Below are positions 60,191 to 60,695 of a stretch of DNA of 60,695 nucleotides, in pieces. The stretch is from positions 1 through 60,695 of the IMG/VR virus record IMGVR_UViG_3300032047_000012; one strand, 5' to 3'. The stretch's first letter is position 1. Each line of letters opens with the position of its first letter. The notes below the pieces were generated by a model. The model made no database searches. It was not told the DNA's origin and saw nothing but the letters and a program-made list of their open reading frames with translations. This DNA is from a virus (Duplodnaviria; Caudoviricetes). The translations under genes and the position numbers were made by a program.

Positions 60191-60212
60191 TTCATCTCCT
60201 CACTACATGTAT

Positions 60213-60241
60213 AATATAGCAAAGCTTGGGGCATAAGTCAA
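60213..60241 (-). promoter_or_regulatory. Sigma70-type promoter
   Basis: TTGACT-17 nt-TATATT with TG extension, upstream of the vWA gene. Confidence 0.7.
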
Positions 60242-60243
60242 GT

Positions 60244-60310
60244 AAAAAAAGAAAGAAAGTCCCTTGCTAGGTAGGAAAGTTGGTTGTGAGAGAGAAACCT
60301 AGCAAGGGAC
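60244..60310 (-). terminator. Terminator-like hairpin with a perfect 14-bp stem and a 24-nt loop
   Basis: GTCCCTTGCTAGGT (60259-60272) and ACCTAGCAAGGGAC (60297-60310), followed by a T-rich tract on the minus strand. Confidence 0.75.
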
Positions 60311-60320
60311 AAGGAAAGGA

Positions 60321-60695
60321 TTAGTCGTTCTGAGGTCGTTTACCAGTGATAAGCTCGACAATGATGTCTGAACATTTCACACCATCAGCAGTGTGAGCAC
60401 CATGCATCTGAATAACGTTCTGTTGACCGTTCTCACCTGACTGACCAACAAGAGTAAATAACTTCATTGCACATTCACTTGGAATAGAGACAAAGTAGTT
60501 GACCAAGTTCTGGACCTGGTTTTCAGTCAAGATATCTTCGAAGGTGCCTGCGGCTTCCATCTTCTCAACCATTGCAGAATGGTCATTGATAGTGAACTCT
60601 GCGACCTTTTCTAATTCACCTTTATCAAGAATATCCTCGATCAGAACTTGACTCTCGTACTTCTCACAGAAGTCACGGAAAGCAACAGCAGCTTC
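60321..60695 (-). CDS. C-terminal part of a probable MoxR-type AAA+ ATPase (truncated by the window edge)
   Basis: The frame is open to the edge (EAAVAFRDFCEKYESQVLIEDIL...). The call rests mainly on its position upstream of a DUF2201-vWA gene; Walker motifs lie outside the window. Confidence 0.55.
   Translation of the reverse strand, partial: EAAVAFRDFCEKYESQVLIEDILDKGELEKVAEFTINDHSAMVEKMEAAGTFEDILTENQVQNLVNYFVSIPSECAMKLFTLVGQSGENGQQNVIQMHGAHTADGVKCSDIIVELITGKRPQND

Noticed and set aside
1-60695. CRISPR array, reverse transcriptase/DGR, integrase or stop-codon recoding
   Set aside because: No regularly spaced repeats, RT or recombinase motifs were seen. TAA, TAG and TGA all end genes, and very long ORFs are intact in the standard code.

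Overview
This AT-rich window is a piece of a large contractile-tailed (myovirus-type, probably jumbo) bacteriophage genome read in the standard genetic code. Almost every gene is on the minus strand. Positions 1-33 kb are a tail/baseplate module: an OB-fold hub fused to an amidase, a spike-like protein, gp25-like and gp6/J-like wedge proteins, and a 4004-aa protein with several LamG domains. From 33 to 43.6 kb are a T4 gp55-like sigma factor, an FmdB-type Zn ribbon, two GT4 glycosyltransferases, a Cas4/AddB-like nuclease, a zincin, PIN-PhoH, a trypsin-like lipoprotein (the only convincing plus-strand gene), an HNH nuclease, DUF2827 and a Fis-like HTH protein. From 43.6 to 50.3 kb and 56.6 to 58.2 kb are acidic proteins sharing an amphipathic L-x-x-I-I-x-E-E leader, probably capsid-packaged internal proteins. 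This cluster also holds the most notable gene, a 988-aa four-module protein (RNA-ligase-like + HIGH nucleotidyltransferase + ParB/Srx + putative RNase) with protease-site-like linkers. The rest is small ORFs behind sigma70-type promoters, two exported thioredoxin-like paralogues, a minimal MscS-like protein and a MoxR/vWA pair. Two promoter classes are visible: TTGACW-N17/18-TAnnnT and a recurrent CTA(T/C/A)TTA motif. The second motif points to a nested in-frame gene, leaderless genes and two candidate structured non-coding RNAs. Several short ORFs absent from the ORF track were found by hand (Hc1-like, ArfA-like). No tRNA, rRNA or CRISPR array was seen. All family calls come from motif recognition by eye, not database searches.
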